62,186 nt of DNA, filler included, from Platydemus manokwari (GCA_037951405.1; 6 parts of 6 records of this genome joined end to end with filler, not necessarily neighbours in it), one strand, 5' to 3'. Numbered from the whole stretch's first letter, positions 27,250 through 41,394 are shown. Program-made: numbers and translations. Notes: generated from the sequence alone by a model not told the origin.

Positions 27250-30200
27250 CTAAAATTTTCAAAAATTAATTTAGCTTTCAAATAAATTTAATTAAAAATA
27301 ATTTCATAAATTTGGCATTGATAATTAATAAAATTAGGATATTATTAAAATTTTTAAGAGGCTTGTAAAATAGCTAATTGTTAGATAAACTTATTGTCTT
27401 TTATTTTCTTAAAAATTCATAAACTGAAATATTTAAGTTAATCAGCATTTATAAAAATAACACGTAATAAATATGTAAACACATAATATTAGGAACAAAT
27501 TTATTGCTAATTTAAACACATTTATGCATACTCGAATTAAAATAATAAAATAAATTAAATTGTAAAATTTTAAACTATCGTTTTATTCAATTAATCAAAA
27601 AAGAATGGTTGCAGAAATAAAATTTAAAAAGAAAATGAAACAAAAGACTTTACTTATTTAAATTTTGAAAATTAATTTCTTAATTTATGTGAAGAATACA
27701 AAATAGAGATCATTGTTTCATTTATTTGCGTTTTTTACTTTAATTTTATTATTAAACAATCGAATTGAAATGGAGATAATCTGTTCTCACTTAAGATCAT
27801 CGATAATTAACAACTGAAGAAAAGCAATAATAACAAATATTTATACATTTGCTGATTGAATGATAGCGAATTCCCATTAATTAATGACAGTAAATCTTTC
27901 ATGCTCTCTACGTGGTTTAAAGTTTGTTTCAGCTGAAATAAAAACCAAACTAGTTTCCTTGAAGTTTAGATGGTATATTTTGATAAAATCTAAGGTATTT
28001 TTTCAGTATATTTTTAATAGGTTGACTATTTGATCATTTTACGATTAGTCATTTTAGTTTGCGTTTCCCATGGTTTTGATAATTGTCATAGAAAGATGGG
28101 TAATCAAAGTCTAGTTAACAAAATCTAAGAAAGAAAGCATATGGAGAAATAAACTGAATATATAGTAACTCACGGAGTTAAATACCCAAAATTATACAAT
28201 TATATATAGCTTTTTCAAATTTTTAAATTTCTTAATTTGGCTCTGTTCCAATTTAGAATTGAGTTATATCTGAATAAAAATCCTGGATTTGAAAAATAAC
28301 CAGACAAATACTTAATAATCATCCGCAAAGTTAAGAATTTCAAATATAATGATACCCTGGTTAAGCAAAGAGAGTTCAGTTATATGAGCAAACTGTTATT
28401 TTAGAAGTTCGCACAAATTAATTAATAAAATTTCGATATAAATTAAGACAAGCATAAATATAGAATATACAAATTGTTTCAGAGAAAAAAAATGTTTACG
28501 AACAAACTAATCACTAGATACTTCTTACGTACAAAGTAATCAAATACACCATAAGTAATCTTGATATTTAAGACGAAACGTACTCTCAATTGGAACAGTT
28601 GTTTCACAGAAATTTTAAACTACCAAATTAATCAATTATAAAATATGTATTTCATAAACATGTTATTTTCAGATATCTTCGATAGATCAAGATTTCAAAA
28701 TTTAGCGTACCAGAATTCACGAGTCTTTCCAAGGAATTGGTCAAGAGATCACTTGTATTTCAGTTTATAATAAACATGTATTCAATTTCTACATTTGAGA
28801 TCCTGAATCGTACAACAACTATTCAAGTTCAAGGATTAATTTAATTTATTATGTAGTTATTAAGTAATTTGGATTTTATTATGTACAGTGCAAGATTTAT
28901 TCTCGCTTGATAGATCTAAGCTTACTTTTTAAATCAATAAAGTCTCATCTCCACTAGTCTTCCACCATATTTTTTGAAAGACAATCACTGTGCGATGACA
29001 CCAGCGATATTTTTCCAAGTTAAGAACATAGGTAACTGAAGCAATTTTAAAATGGTGTATATATATACTATTCCATTTATTTAAACTTATTATTTCTAAC
29101 CCTAGTGATCATTAAAATACTCTTTTGAGTCAGATACTTCACTATTATTATTGTCATCGTGTAGCATAGCTTATTGTTGTATTGGAAAACTTACAAATTA
29201 TTTTATTAGAAATAGGAGGCATAAGACTACGAATTACCAATTAGTAGTTTTTGTAAAGACGATTGAGTCGGTATCGGTGTGCGACTATTGATCATTAATT
29301 TTACATTTTCTATGATAAATATTCATTTGCTGTAAAACTGCCTGTCAAATCTAAAATAAATTTCATAAATATGTCTCACTGTTAAGCGTATTGGACTTGC
29401 TTTTTAAAGATGCTGCTTGAATGATGTTTTACTTACCTCTGAAATCAGGAAAGTAATATTGAAGCACTGAAAGTGATACTTCATCACATTTATGATTCGA
29501 TTCTGAGGATGAATTCGGGATAAATTGGGTTTTCCATGAACGAGATATAATTCTTGAATCAGAGAAGATTGATTTTTAAAGATATTTGTTCCTCATTTTC
29601 ATTACTTTATCTTTCTTATTCTGATGTCTCGCGTATAAAATTTTTAGCTTTTTCATTAGATGTTCGACCACCTTGTCTGAACCAACTTGGTAATTCTTCG
29701 AATCTGACACTTGTTGTATATTTATTTTTCGGTTATTATTTAATATCAAATGAAATCAAAATGTAATTAAAATAAAGATGTTTAAGGTGATGTGGCAAGT
29801 AACAATTGATGTTACTGAAATGAGATGGGTTTGAATATTTCCTTAAATAAATTGTAAATTGGTAAATTCAAGATCTTCTTCAATAGACAAGTAAAAAGAT
29901 CTGTATATTGGGAAGAGCCAAGAGACAAAAACTTGAAAGTCAGAAGAATTGACGATTGGGCATTATACTTATATAGTTAAACTGAGGATGAAAAGATGTT
30001 CATAATTATTGGCTCATAAGTACAGTGGAAAAAGAGAAATAGTCAAAACACATTCGGCAAGATACGCCACAACATCTAATGAACATGGGGTAACAGAGAA
30101 AGATGGTGAAAAGGAAAAAACGGCTCAAAACACTTGGCAACAATGATCTAATTTGAAGAAATAGAGGAGAAACTGATGAAGAATAGAGAGATGGAGCGCG

Positions 30201-30558
30201 TGGACCTCAATGCATAAAAATTTAAAGTCAACCAAAACTCCAATTGAAGATACGTCAATCCAAACATCAATCCAGTCTAAGTTGATTAATTGATATATGA
30301 TTTACCGTTAAAGATATCTATTATTTGATATCTTATTTTTGATATTTTATAATTCTTGTGCAGTTGATTTAAAATTTGAATATAATTATTTGATATCTGA
30401 CATTGAATCTTGAAAACTTGATACGATAATATTTGTACAGTTGCTTGATTCTGATTATTTAAATTTGAATATATGTGATTTTTCTTGAAAGTTGTTAAGA
30501 TAATATAGGGTTTTTTAAGTTTTAAAATAAATTTTGTACAATTTAAGATAATTATTTA

Positions 30559-30614
30559 CATGAATAAGAGAATAAGAATAAGAGAATATTATTTAAACAA
30601 TTCTCTTATTCATG
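30559..30614. repeat. 15-bp inverted repeat at contig end
   Basis: CATGAATAAGAGAAT (30559-30573) and ATTCTCTTATTCATG (30600-30614), directly abutting the spacer. Confidence 0.8.
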
Positions 30615-30714
30615 NNNNNNNNNNNNNNNNNNNNNNNNNNNNNNNNNNNNNNNNNNNNTTAATTAATTAANNNNNNNNNNNNNNNNNNNNNNNNNNNNNN
30701 NNNNNNNNNNNNNN
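30615..30714. other. Artificial spacer N44-TTAATTAATTAA-N44
   Basis: Same 100-nt spacer. Confidence 0.97.
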
Positions 30715-31169
30715 TTATATAAATGTGATAAATTAATAAGTTATGTGCTATTATTGATTTGTAAATTCAAGCTTTGATATTCATTCAAATTTGGCTGTCT
30801 CATATTTCCCATAATTCATCTATTTTTAATTAATAAGCCAATGCTTTATCGATTAGGAAATTCTCAAAGCCTGTAGTTAATTATTCTAAAAAATCGATAC
30901 TTTTCCAATAATTTAGAAAGCATATTTTGACGAATACTTTTCCTGCAGTGCATCTAATTGTCTCAGTTTAACAATTCTTATCATATAATGTATTTTCATA
31001 AATTCAATTGTACATCTTTGAATAGGAAAGTAGGAATATTTTTACAAAAAACTCTCATTTTTAATAACAATGATAAATGGAAATAATTCTTTGCCTTTTT
31101 TATGATTATGAAATGAATAACAAGTAAATAAATTTGTTTAATTCACTGAAAGAAGTAAAATCAGAACAA

Positions 31170-31400
31170 GTAGAGAAACTAGAGATGTTGGAAAAAATTT
31201 GCACTTGGTAAAAAAGCTCGAATTAATGATTTGTCTTTTTGTAATTTTAAACAATTGAAAATTATAGTTAAAGGATTTCGTTTATTAACATGGGAAATCG
31301 AAAAATAAATTTTCTTTACAAATTCGTTTGATATCAAATCGATAATTACTAGATAATTTAACTGGAAGATTCTTTGGAGTCATTATTTGATTTCAACTTA
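31170..31400 (+). mobile_element. Possible decayed non-LTR reverse transcriptase C-terminal fragment
   Basis: LEKICTW, INDLSFCNFKQLKII and RFFGVII occur in the order of the LINE RT motifs L..I..W...N.L.LN..KT..I and KYLGV.; heavily decayed. Confidence 0.3.
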
Positions 31401-32626
31401 ATAAATGAGTTAAATCAACATTTGAATTTGGATATTTATATTTCTATATTTATTTCTTATCAATGGTAAGCCATGCCAGTGTGACCATGATTCCAAATTG
31501 AAAGACTAAATAGATTGACTACCAATTAAAAATCACAAACAAAATTTCCGGATCGACATTAAAATCGATCACAGGCAATTGAAACAGTAGATTCAGTTTC
31601 GAGAAGTAAATATGTGAATGAAAATTTTAAATTAATTTTAAAGTTGATGCTAATTTTTTTTTGAAAAATGGCTTAAGTTAAGAAAAAGGGTCCTTTGACC
31701 TACTGTAATAGAACATCAGATAATTTTATAACTTAATTTTATATATAACTGCTATGTTTGATTTATTCGTATAATTCAGTTAATATCTCATTTTTTAAGA
31801 TGTCTAATAGTGACAAATGTCTAATAGTTTTAAAACCAATTTCAATTCTGATCACAACACCTCTATATGATTATTTGAATTTAAATTTTTATAATTATAA
31901 ATCGAGGTAGTTAACTGCAGTCATATTTAATAATATCACTGAACAAGTTCAAAATTTCATTTCTAGCAATTTCATAGCAACTATTCAAAATGTTCACCAT
32001 CTTGCTCCAAATAGAGATTGCATCATTTTCTGAGTATTTAATAATATTTACGGACGGCTTCTTGATTGATGTTTATTAATTCATATAAAATTGCTTCTTC
32101 ATGTTCGTTTAGCGTTGTATAATTGTTATGAATTGCTATTGTTATTTTTATAGCTATTGAATTTGTATATATTTCATCACATTTCGACACGTTTGAGTAG
32201 TCTACTGAATGCGGCTTGTATCAGCTTTATCATTTGTTCAACCCGTTTTCTTATTACAATGCAAAAGTTGTAATTGATATTTGAGTTGATATTATTATCT
32301 TTTGCTAATGTTTAATATTGATTGAAATGAGTGACCTATTATTAATTGTTACATTTTTCTTTTCACCTGATAACAGTTGTACTAATTGAAAAGGAAAATC
32401 TCATTGTTATTCATGTTTCAATCCAATTATCTAATCGATATTTTGATTTTATTTGCTCATTTATTGATTTTTTCGTAATTGATTTTATTAATTTCTATTT
32501 TTATATGTTAGAAAACCATAAATTTTTTATCGAAATCGTAATGTGATTTGTTTGGCCTTCATTAAGATTTAAATATGATTTTTCACACAACACATCTGGA
32601 TAAATTGTTGATAAGGTTTTTTATAG

Positions 32627-35600
32627 TACAGTTAAAGATGGAGTCCTGTTAAACAGGTTGCAAGGATATGCTGATTGGTTATCGGATTTTCCTATACATG
32701 TGAGGGTGATTGATCCGGAAGTGCAACTTCTTTGCAAAGCAAATCCAACTAATAAAATATATAAATGGTTGAAATTACAAGATGAAAATCGTAAGTGGTT
32801 ATGGTTAATGGGGATAATTCATTATATTACTCAATAATAAATGTGCGCAAAGTCATTTGTTGTCTGTAAATCGATTTTATATTTTCAAATATTTATTATC
32901 GATTTCATATTTTCAAATATTTATAATCGATTTCATATTTTCAAATATTTATTATCGATTTTATATTTTCAAATATTTATTATCGATTTCATATTTTCAA
33001 ATATTTATTATCGATTGTTGAATATTTCGATCAAAATATTTGGTTATATTATTAATATTGATTATAATTATTTATTGATTATTTGATAAAAATGTTCACT
33101 TAAATTTATAATGAAATGAATTGTTATCCAATAATATCAGAAGAATTTACTATTAAAATATCATTGTCACAAACTCAATATTCGATTGTTGTTACAAATG
33201 ATGAGAATTATTTGCTATAATCCGGCCATTTATGTATTTATTGTTTGTTTATAGATTTTAGAGCTTTCTCAGGGTAAATAATAATAAATAAATATTTAAC
33301 CATTTTGTATCAAAATTAATTTTATGAAGTCAATATTTTAAAACGATTATAATAATGTTAATTCTATGAGCATTATATAATGTTTTGAAAATATGCATGT
33401 TTCCACAATTAAAAGGTAAATGAAGTGCAGTTAAATGATTGTAGGTTCGAATATTAGTTTAGAAGGAACTAAAATCTATATCCTATCATACACCGATCAA
33501 TAATAAAGATCATGAAATCGGTCTATCTATCGAATATCTGTTGGCATTGTCAATGGGTTGATTTAGAAAACCTCATTACATTTGCAATGACAAACATAAA
33601 CAAATAAATATTTTAATTATTAGACATAATAATTCATTTCTTAATATTTTTGTTGATTGTTATCATCTCTATAAAGTTCGAGTATTAGATGACGGAATTT
33701 ATAGGTGTCACTTAAATATTATTTTATTATTTCAAGAAAACTTAAAGTGAGTTTATACCCATTACCTTTATTATCCCACCTTGTTATTTTATCCCAACTT
33801 GTCAACCTGTTATTAATCATGAAAATTAAATGAATTTATTGAAAAATTAATTTATCTGATAACATTATTTTCCCATAAGTTGTGTTATCTCTCGAGAAAT
33901 TTTGTTTAAATTTTCATTGACATATTGTGGGTTGAATTTATTGCCGAAATTTTAATACTGGGGCGATGTTAATTAAGTTTTAAAATGAGTTTTCATTTCG
34001 ATTATTGACATTAAATTACTGAAAGCTCTTTAAGAATGAAAACCTAAAATTGGTCATGCCTGGAAAAAACGTAGTAGTAAGCTTGTTTATTAAATAATCC
34101 AAAGCACATTAGATATTAAAGAAATCGAATTGAAATTATGATATTTGGAATCAAACCAATGAATACATTTACGATTAAGTAGTTTGATTGTGATTGAAAT
34201 AACGATGAAACATAATATTTTAGGAAAAAAAATTGAATAGTCTTATGTTTAGGAAACGTTGGTGACTACATACGAAATTCAGATAATGATCATCTATGTT
34301 TGGTTCCTTTGATATTGAGTTATTTAGGTTCCAGAATTTAAAATGGAGTTATTTAATATTTTTTTTTGCTTTAATCGAAAGAGACATAATGCACCTTTAT
34401 GTGAATCAACTCATAACTAGTCGAAAATGAAGTCGAATAGGATATAAGAATGATATAGATATTATTATTAATTCCAACATTGTATAGGATAACATAATAA
34501 AAGTTATACTTTCTAATGGAACTGGATATATTGTTTTGTAAAATAATTGCTTATTCAATAAGAATGATAGAATGTTAGAATAATGCTGCCATGTGTATAT
34601 AGATTAATGCATGTTAACCTCTCAGCTCATCTTCTAACAATTGAAACATCTTTTTAGTTATGGATTTCAACAAGAACGCTTCAAAACATGCACTGTTGGG
34701 ATTCATGTCAGATTATGTAATTTTACAACCCATCTTAACTATGCATTGTTCTGAATCTGTTGGTTTTATGATTTCATTAGATCATATTATGTGGTTTCAT
34801 AATCATAAATTTAATCCCAGACAATGGATTCTTCTTGAAGCTGAATGTATTATATCAAGTGAGTTCTGAATTGGTTATTTTTCCGTTGAAAATTTTGTAT
34901 TTTTATTTCATATTTAACCGACATCGAGTAAAATTAATCGATAGATTGGTGAAAATTTCATTCGATATCATGTGATATTCTCTATCATCATATATTCTGA
35001 TTGATTTAAAATTTTATTTAATTTAATTATTTAATTTAAAATCCTTGAAAATATTGTCATTTTATTTATAATAATTCAAATAGTAAAATATTAAAGTGCT
35101 TCTGAATCCAACTCCTCAATGATCATATTTCCTTAATCTCTAAATGCTTCTTTATTAATAGTAACAGCCTATAGTAACAATATTTGATAATTATGTTTAA
35201 TAAAATAATTAAGCCATATATTTGTTTATTAAAATCATTTATATCACAACAAAAAGTATAACCAGAGATTTGATATCGAAAGAGCATTTTACCTGCCAAC
35301 AAAAACAGGTAGTGGGTTTGGAATTATTAAAGTGATTGAAACAATTAAATTGAAACATATAATGGAAATAACCCTATAATTACATTAAAAACATACGTAG
35401 AATTTGATGTGAATAGCTTCATTGATTCTAAGATGATGATTCAAAGGTTTGATATTTTTCTATGTTGTTGGTATGTATTCCTTTATTCAACATGTATTTT
35501 CCAAAGATGTAGTAGTAGTTTAGATGATCGTTAGTCATATAACTGCTCATCCACTGATCTTTAATGATCCTATAATTCAGAGGTGGCCAACTTTTGTGTA

Positions 35601-36130
35601 CGTAAGATCGACTTTTTATTTGAATAACATCTCACGCGATCGACTAAAATTGGCTTAAAGATCGACCAGTTGGCCACCCCTGCTATACTTTATTGAGTCT
35701 TACATCAAGATCTTCCAACTTTCTGTTTGAAAGATGCCCGACGAACAATTTTCTACTGCATCTACAATAACATAATCTCATTGTTTTCTTTTCGTCTGCT
35801 TTTCTGTGCAGAAAATCGTTGTCTAGGCCGCTCTTTGATAAAACATTCGTTGATTTCGAGTTAGGAATTAATCAATTTCAAGAATAGAATTTATCCAATA
35901 AAATTCATTTACGTGATGTGCATCATCGCATCGATAAAAAGTATAATGAAATGATAATTATGAGTTAAAAGAAATATGAAATATTATTTGTTTTATTTTC
36001 ATAATGTTATAGTTTGTCTACAATAATAGATAATGGAACCAGTTTAAATTCTGGTCGTATTTGGTCAGAAGATGGATCCTTATTGGCTACTGTGATGCAA
36101 GAAGGTGTTATACGGCCTCAACGGATATAA
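32627..36130 (+). CDS. ACOT8: Acyl-CoA thioesterase II (TesB/ACOT8-like), last three exons
   Basis: Exons 32627-32790, 34658-34858, 36030-36130 join in phase: ...FPIHVRVIDP...YKWLKL...HALLGFMSDY...MISLDHIMWFH...WILLEAEC...GTSLNSGRIWSEDGSLLATVMQEGVIRPQRI*. SLDHxxWFH and GxLxAxxxQEGxIR are TesB-family motifs. 5' exons not found. Confidence 0.88.
32871..33016. repeat. 28-bp minisatellite, 5 copies plus a partial
   Basis: Unit TCGATTT(C/T)ATATTTTCAAATATTTAT(T/A)A, intronic. Explains the spurious ORF 32841-33086. Confidence 0.92.
35269..35343 (+). mobile_element. Non-LTR retrotransposon fragment (post-RT thumb motif)
   Basis: FDIERAFYLPTKTGSGFGIIKVIET resembles the RLYLPRxxGGxGL motif of R2/R4/NeSL-like elements. 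Confidence 0.5.
35578..35682. mobile_element. 105-bp hAT (Charlie/Buster-type) MITE in an ACOT8 intron
   Basis: TIRs CAGAGGTGGCCAAC / GTTGGCCACCCCTG; 8-bp TSD CTATAATT vs CTATACTT with central TA; internal GATCGAC three times. Confidence 0.88.
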
Positions 36131-36964
36131 GTAATGAAATAATTACTTTAACAGTAGATAGACTGCTGATTTATTATATTTATTATTGTTCTATTGGATT
36201 CTAGCTCTATGTTGATGTTGAAATTATATTAGTTTTTGTGTTTTGGATTTAATTTTTTGATATTGAAGCTTGGATAATGGAGAATATTAATAATAATATG
36301 ATTAATGTAAATAACGTTAATGATTAGATTCTATCCATGCTATTGGATAATAAATAAATTTGATTTGATATTCTTTACCAGAAATTGTCCGAAATCAGTG
36401 TGACATGAATTTCGCAAAAAAAATCAATATATTTTGATTTGATTTATATTTTTATTAATAATAGAAAATTATTTTTGGAAAAACGGATTTGAAAAATGAT
36501 AAAAAATTTCAGAGGAAAATAAGCAAATCAAATTATTTATAAATAAATAAATTCTTAATAATTGACATAAAGACAGATAATATTGTAAATTAAATTTATT
36601 GAATCATGGAAGAAACGGATTGAAACACAACGCCTTGTCAATCTCACAGAAATTCATAAATTAACGGTTACTTGTAAGCAAGTCTTCAATGATAAGAATA
36701 ATATGGTTTTACATGATGGAAAAAGTTGAATTTCTTGAAGATAATTTGCAATAAATATAATTCAAACGGATTCATTGTGACGAAAGAACCAGTAAACATT
36801 TTTAATTAAAAAGACGACAAATTGTCAAACTTGAGGCAATAAAGATATTAAAAGTTTACTGTCACTTATTAGAAATTATCTATTGTATCTTCTTTATAAC
36901 TTTTTAATATCTTCTTTTCATATTTTCTATTTAGTCTCAATATCATCCGAATTTCCCATAGTTT

Positions 36965-37019
36965 TCAGTCATTGATCTTCTCAGAATCGAATTGAAATGC
37001 GTGGTCCCCACGTTAGCCA
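36965..37019 (-). mobile_element. Degenerate tRNA-Lys-like primer binding site and leader of an LTR retroelement
   Basis: Minus strand reads AATTGGCTAACGTGGGGACCACGC, a degenerate TGGCGCCCAACGTGGGG (tRNA-Lys PBS). The downstream leader is related to 1605-1660. Confidence 0.45.
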
Positions 37020-38539
37020 ATTTTATTTTAAAAACCACACATTAAAAACAAACGTAAAACTCACAAGTTTTATTTAAATACAATTATTTAAACAAATAAA
37101 TATAATTATATATAAAATTAAATCTTTAAAAATTAAAATTCAAGTAAAAAATATCGCAATAATAATAATAATAACATCAATCACAAACAAGTTTGTTTAA
37201 GTCTTTAATAATGATTACAAATATCGGCTCACAGAATTAATATGTGAATACTGCAATATTTGCTTTTTACAAGAACTGATCGAATTCAACTGTATTGTGA
37301 CGTTGACGTCATGATATTGGAATTTTCTATTCCTCAAATGTTAGACAGTCCACACAACGAAAAAATACTGAATCATTGCTACACTAACAAATATTGCAGT
37401 GAGAATACCCAGACAAGTAGCTATTTTCAATCGTTCATCATCGTAGACACCATTACTCAATTTACAACTCTGCTATCGCACATCGTTTGATGTCTAGTAA
37501 AATACTCAACAATGTCTTCTATTGGATATCAGACTCAATAAATTCAATTTTTACTGATATCGTTGATAATCGATGATTGGAGAAAAACTTCCAAACTCGA
37601 TGACGATAATATTTTATGTAAACATTCAATTAAAATTGCCGTATTTTCATATTATCGATTATATTTCGGCTTTACAATATATTTCGTTAAGATCTCTTTT
37701 TGGTTTTTCTGGATTTTATATATTTTAATACATAATAATGATATTGGTAAAATAATAATGATGATTATAAATAATAATAACAATCACAATATAAACAATA
37801 TTATCAATTTTAATTCATAATGAATAATAATTGTTATTTTTGAAATTATAATATTGCCAGTGATAAAATATTGATACCAAAGACAGTAAAAATAACACAG
37901 TGGTAACAAAGATAATTTTATAAGAACAATAATTATAATATTGATGATAACAGTCAACATTCAATCTCTAGTTTATTCAGGGATCACTGCTAACCGATCT
38001 TTCAAATTTACTATATCTTTTTCCAATTCTTAAATTATCCTTTCCATATCTTAAACTTTTAATCTCGATCACTTTATCTTTTATCACTTTTTTAAAACTT
38101 TTAATCTTCAGCATTGAACAGCAACTGGTCTGAGTCTCAGTGATTCTTATTTTTGAGCAGTGTGTAGCCTTTGACAGGGTTCTTCCACGGAACATAAGCA
38201 CTTTGAGAATTATAAATACATTTATTGTACCTTCTCTTTTTTTATCATAATCGCAAATTATAATACGGCTTACCCTTATACAGTCGTTTTGTTCTCATTT
38301 ATGTAATCTAATGAATTTTCAATTAGCCTATTCTCATATTCATACCCCTTTATTGAAAATAGACACGTTAGTAACAGTAATGATAAGATATAAGAATTTG
38401 TTTTTAAATTTATTTTCTAGATTATCATTAAAATTATCTATAACTTAGTAGTAAGCTCGATAAAACAATTAACCAGAAAACATATATAATTATTTTCAAA
38501 AATCAATGCATATAAATAGGTGATTTAAGCGATACAGAT

Positions 38540-39090
38540 AACACACAATGCTCCTTCTCTTTAGCGTAATAAAGAGGATTATGTTTTCGTACAAGACAGT
38601 TTAGATAAAACGAAGCACCGTCTGAGAAAATAATCTGTCTATGAAAATTGACATTGCTTTTGTTGACTATCCAAGGACAGAATTCAACTCTCCTATGGGG
38701 ATCAATTTTCTCACAATGCCTAATTAAAAGAATATTTGAAAGGTTTAAATTTTTCTTCCTTGAGATATCTGTGAAAAGAAATTTGTGAATTCATACATAC
38801 TCGTGCAGTTTCTCGTTGATTTGTGCCATCATTCCCTTTTACAAAATTTACCACCTTTTCCTTCATGATTTCATCAGATTGTCTTCCTGATGGAAACATA
38901 GTGGATCAATTTTCAGTTTCTTCAAACTTCTGTTTCCGGTATTGCACTACTGCCCTAGCTGGTAGTGCACGATTGAAATGTTGAAATTCTTGGTAAGCTT
39001 TGGCACTATTCTGGTACACTATTGCATGGCAAACTATAAACTCTCTATCCGCAAGCTAAAATTTAACATCACCAGCTTCTGCGCCATATT
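38540..39090 (-). mobile_element. Tc1/mariner-superfamily transposase pseudogene (DUF4817-type HTH plus first catalytic Asp region)
   Basis: DREFIV...QNSAKAYQEFQHFNRALPARAVVQYRKQKFEETE...SGR, followed by QIIFSDGASFYLNCLVRKHNPLYYAKE (cf. IIFSDEAHFHLNGYVNKQNCRYW). Confidence 0.8.
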
Positions 39091-39563
39091 GTAATAATGC
39101 AACTGATTAATAAGATATAAGAAATAAAGTACACTAATCAGTGAATAATAATTAATATCAATGAGTATAAATATGTGAGTATAAGTTATATTGTGCTTTG
39201 TTCTTTTATGTTAGTTTTAGAGACCGAGACTTATGAATCTCATGGTATATATATACATATACATAATTTATAATTCTAATATTAAGTTTTAAATAGATGT
39301 AATAATACTTGCTTATTAAATTTACGAATAATAACCGGGGAATACAAACAAAATATCAAAAAATGTAATTTATTATTAAAATAGAAGCCCTCAAAATACA
39401 ACTTATTAATAAGTTATTTTTCAATACCTCAAAATATTATTTTCAAAATAAAATCAAAAGAAAACAGAATATCAAAGCTCGCTTTATATTAAATCATGAA
39501 TCAATCACTAACAATTCGTCAATCGAATCTAGTTTTACTAATCATTATTTTCGCTGAGATTTT

Positions 39564-40500
39564 TTATGTGAGGCGTTCAGTTTCGGATGGAAATTTCTTT
39601 TCACACGATATTTTTCTATTGCATTGCTTTGTGCAATATTTGGTAAAATCAGTAAATTTGGAGACGTTAAAAAATGAGGTGATGAGATGTATTATTATCT
39701 GAAGAAATATTGAAATTTCAATTTATTATTGAAACAAACAGAAATCAAACGCACCACAGTGAACATGAGTAAAGCAATTACTCCACATGATTGATCATAT
39801 CCCATATATTCATACATAATATTTCCAATTAATGGTCCAAATGCCAAGCTTAATAATTCAGATATAAATGAGATGATAAAATTAATTTGTCATATAGTTT
39901 TTAACGTGATTCTGTTGCGATTACTCTACATTAATAATAGTTAAAAATAATGATAAAATATATATTAATAATAAAATAATCGCAATAAATTGTTCTCAAA
40001 ACAAAAATATAATTATTTATTTAATTACAGAAATTAAATAAATTTAAACAAGGATAAAAGAAATCTTGGAAGCAAATTTATTGATTAAACAATCAACAGG
40101 TATTCCACTGACCGGCTAGCTTCAGAGTTCTTATATTTACCGGTATTGACTCATTGGTAGATTTGTATCTATGGTCATTGTGAGCCGATACTATTTTAAA
40201 ATGGACGCATTGAAAACCAACTCAAAAATCACAGCGCCAAATTATATAATATTTAAATTAAATTAAATAAATATTATTTTGTAGAAAATCTGAATTGAAT
40301 ATTTAGAAATTTAATTCATTTAAAAATTCTTACAGTCATTTCACTGTTATTAATAAACAAAATCAATGGAATAGTATTACAATAACCATAATTTGATAGA
40401 ACAAGGATAAAATTGTAAATATCTTTGGTATAATTGAAATGGAAATGATGTTATCCTTTGAAGAACAATAATCAATATTGATATCAAACAATTAGCCATA
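39564..40500 (-). pseudogene. 3' exons of an MFS transporter (SLC18B1-like TM11-12), apparently disrupted
   Basis: Exon 39925-39755 gives ...LLSLAFGPLIGNIMYEYMGYDQSCGVIALLMFTV (MFS GP..G..Y...G motif) with an in-frame TGA at 39892-39890. A 56-nt intron follows, then last exon 39698-39564 ending ETERLT*. An upstream hydrophobic exon ends at 40334 (gtaag) and appears frameshifted. Confidence 0.45.
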
Positions 40501-41294
40501 TAAAATAAATGTCTTTCATGTATAAAAATTATTACAATTATTTATTTCTCGAGTCGGATATGTCAATAGATTAGTAAATATTTAAAATAGATTTAACCTA
40601 AATTACACTCTTTATAATTTGATGGTTTTTTCTTGGGAATTCAGCAAAGACAGAACAACCGAGTCATAGAGAAAACAACTCTCCACTTTATGATTTGAAC
40701 AATAATAAGAATATTATGTTTCTACGCACGTACAGTTTTATAGAAACACTTGCTTTCCTATGATATGACACTTGAATACCAACACTAAAATAGCTTCTCA
40801 GAACTCTTACATTTAATAATGGAATTATGGTATACTATAATTAATTAATTGTCACTTATTAATTACATTTGATAAACAATTAATTTTATCACCAAACAAA
40901 TATTTTATAAATAACCTCACCAAAATTAAATTTATTATTTTTATAAATAGTTTTATGGTTAAATAAAAGGTTTCATGTAATATATAAAGATTAATAAATT
41001 ACCCTAAAGAGAAGAAAACTTCATGGGAACCAGAAACGTAACAATAAGTTTTGAAATCATTGGGAAGACCACATTGTCTGAAGTGTTAAGTAGAATTTGA
41101 TAAAAATAATATTTAAGAAATGATATAAAAATAAAAAATAGTTAAATAAACATAAAAATGATATTATATAAAAATATAAAAAACGAATATTATATAGAAA
41201 TTATTTCGATCAATGCGTGGTTCAAATTGATCATTTGTTGTCTGTAGCGATTAGTATCAACAGTTTCACCAGGTTTTAGAAGCTCATGATACAC

Positions 41295-41394
41295 NNNNNN
41301 NNNNNNNNNNNNNNNNNNNNNNNNNNNNNNNNNNNNNNTTAATTAATTAANNNNNNNNNNNNNNNNNNNNNNNNNNNNNNNNNNNNNNNNNNNN
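41295..41394. other. Artificial spacer N44-TTAATTAATTAA-N44
   Basis: Same 100-nt spacer. Confidence 0.97.

Noticed and set aside
27848-29580. Candidate 5' exons of ANKHD1 (27933-27848; donors near 28172 and 29436)
   Set aside because: Splice signals are present but I could not build a unique in-phase start.
32841-33086. 81-aa repetitive ORF
   Set aside because: Translation of the intronic 28-bp minisatellite.
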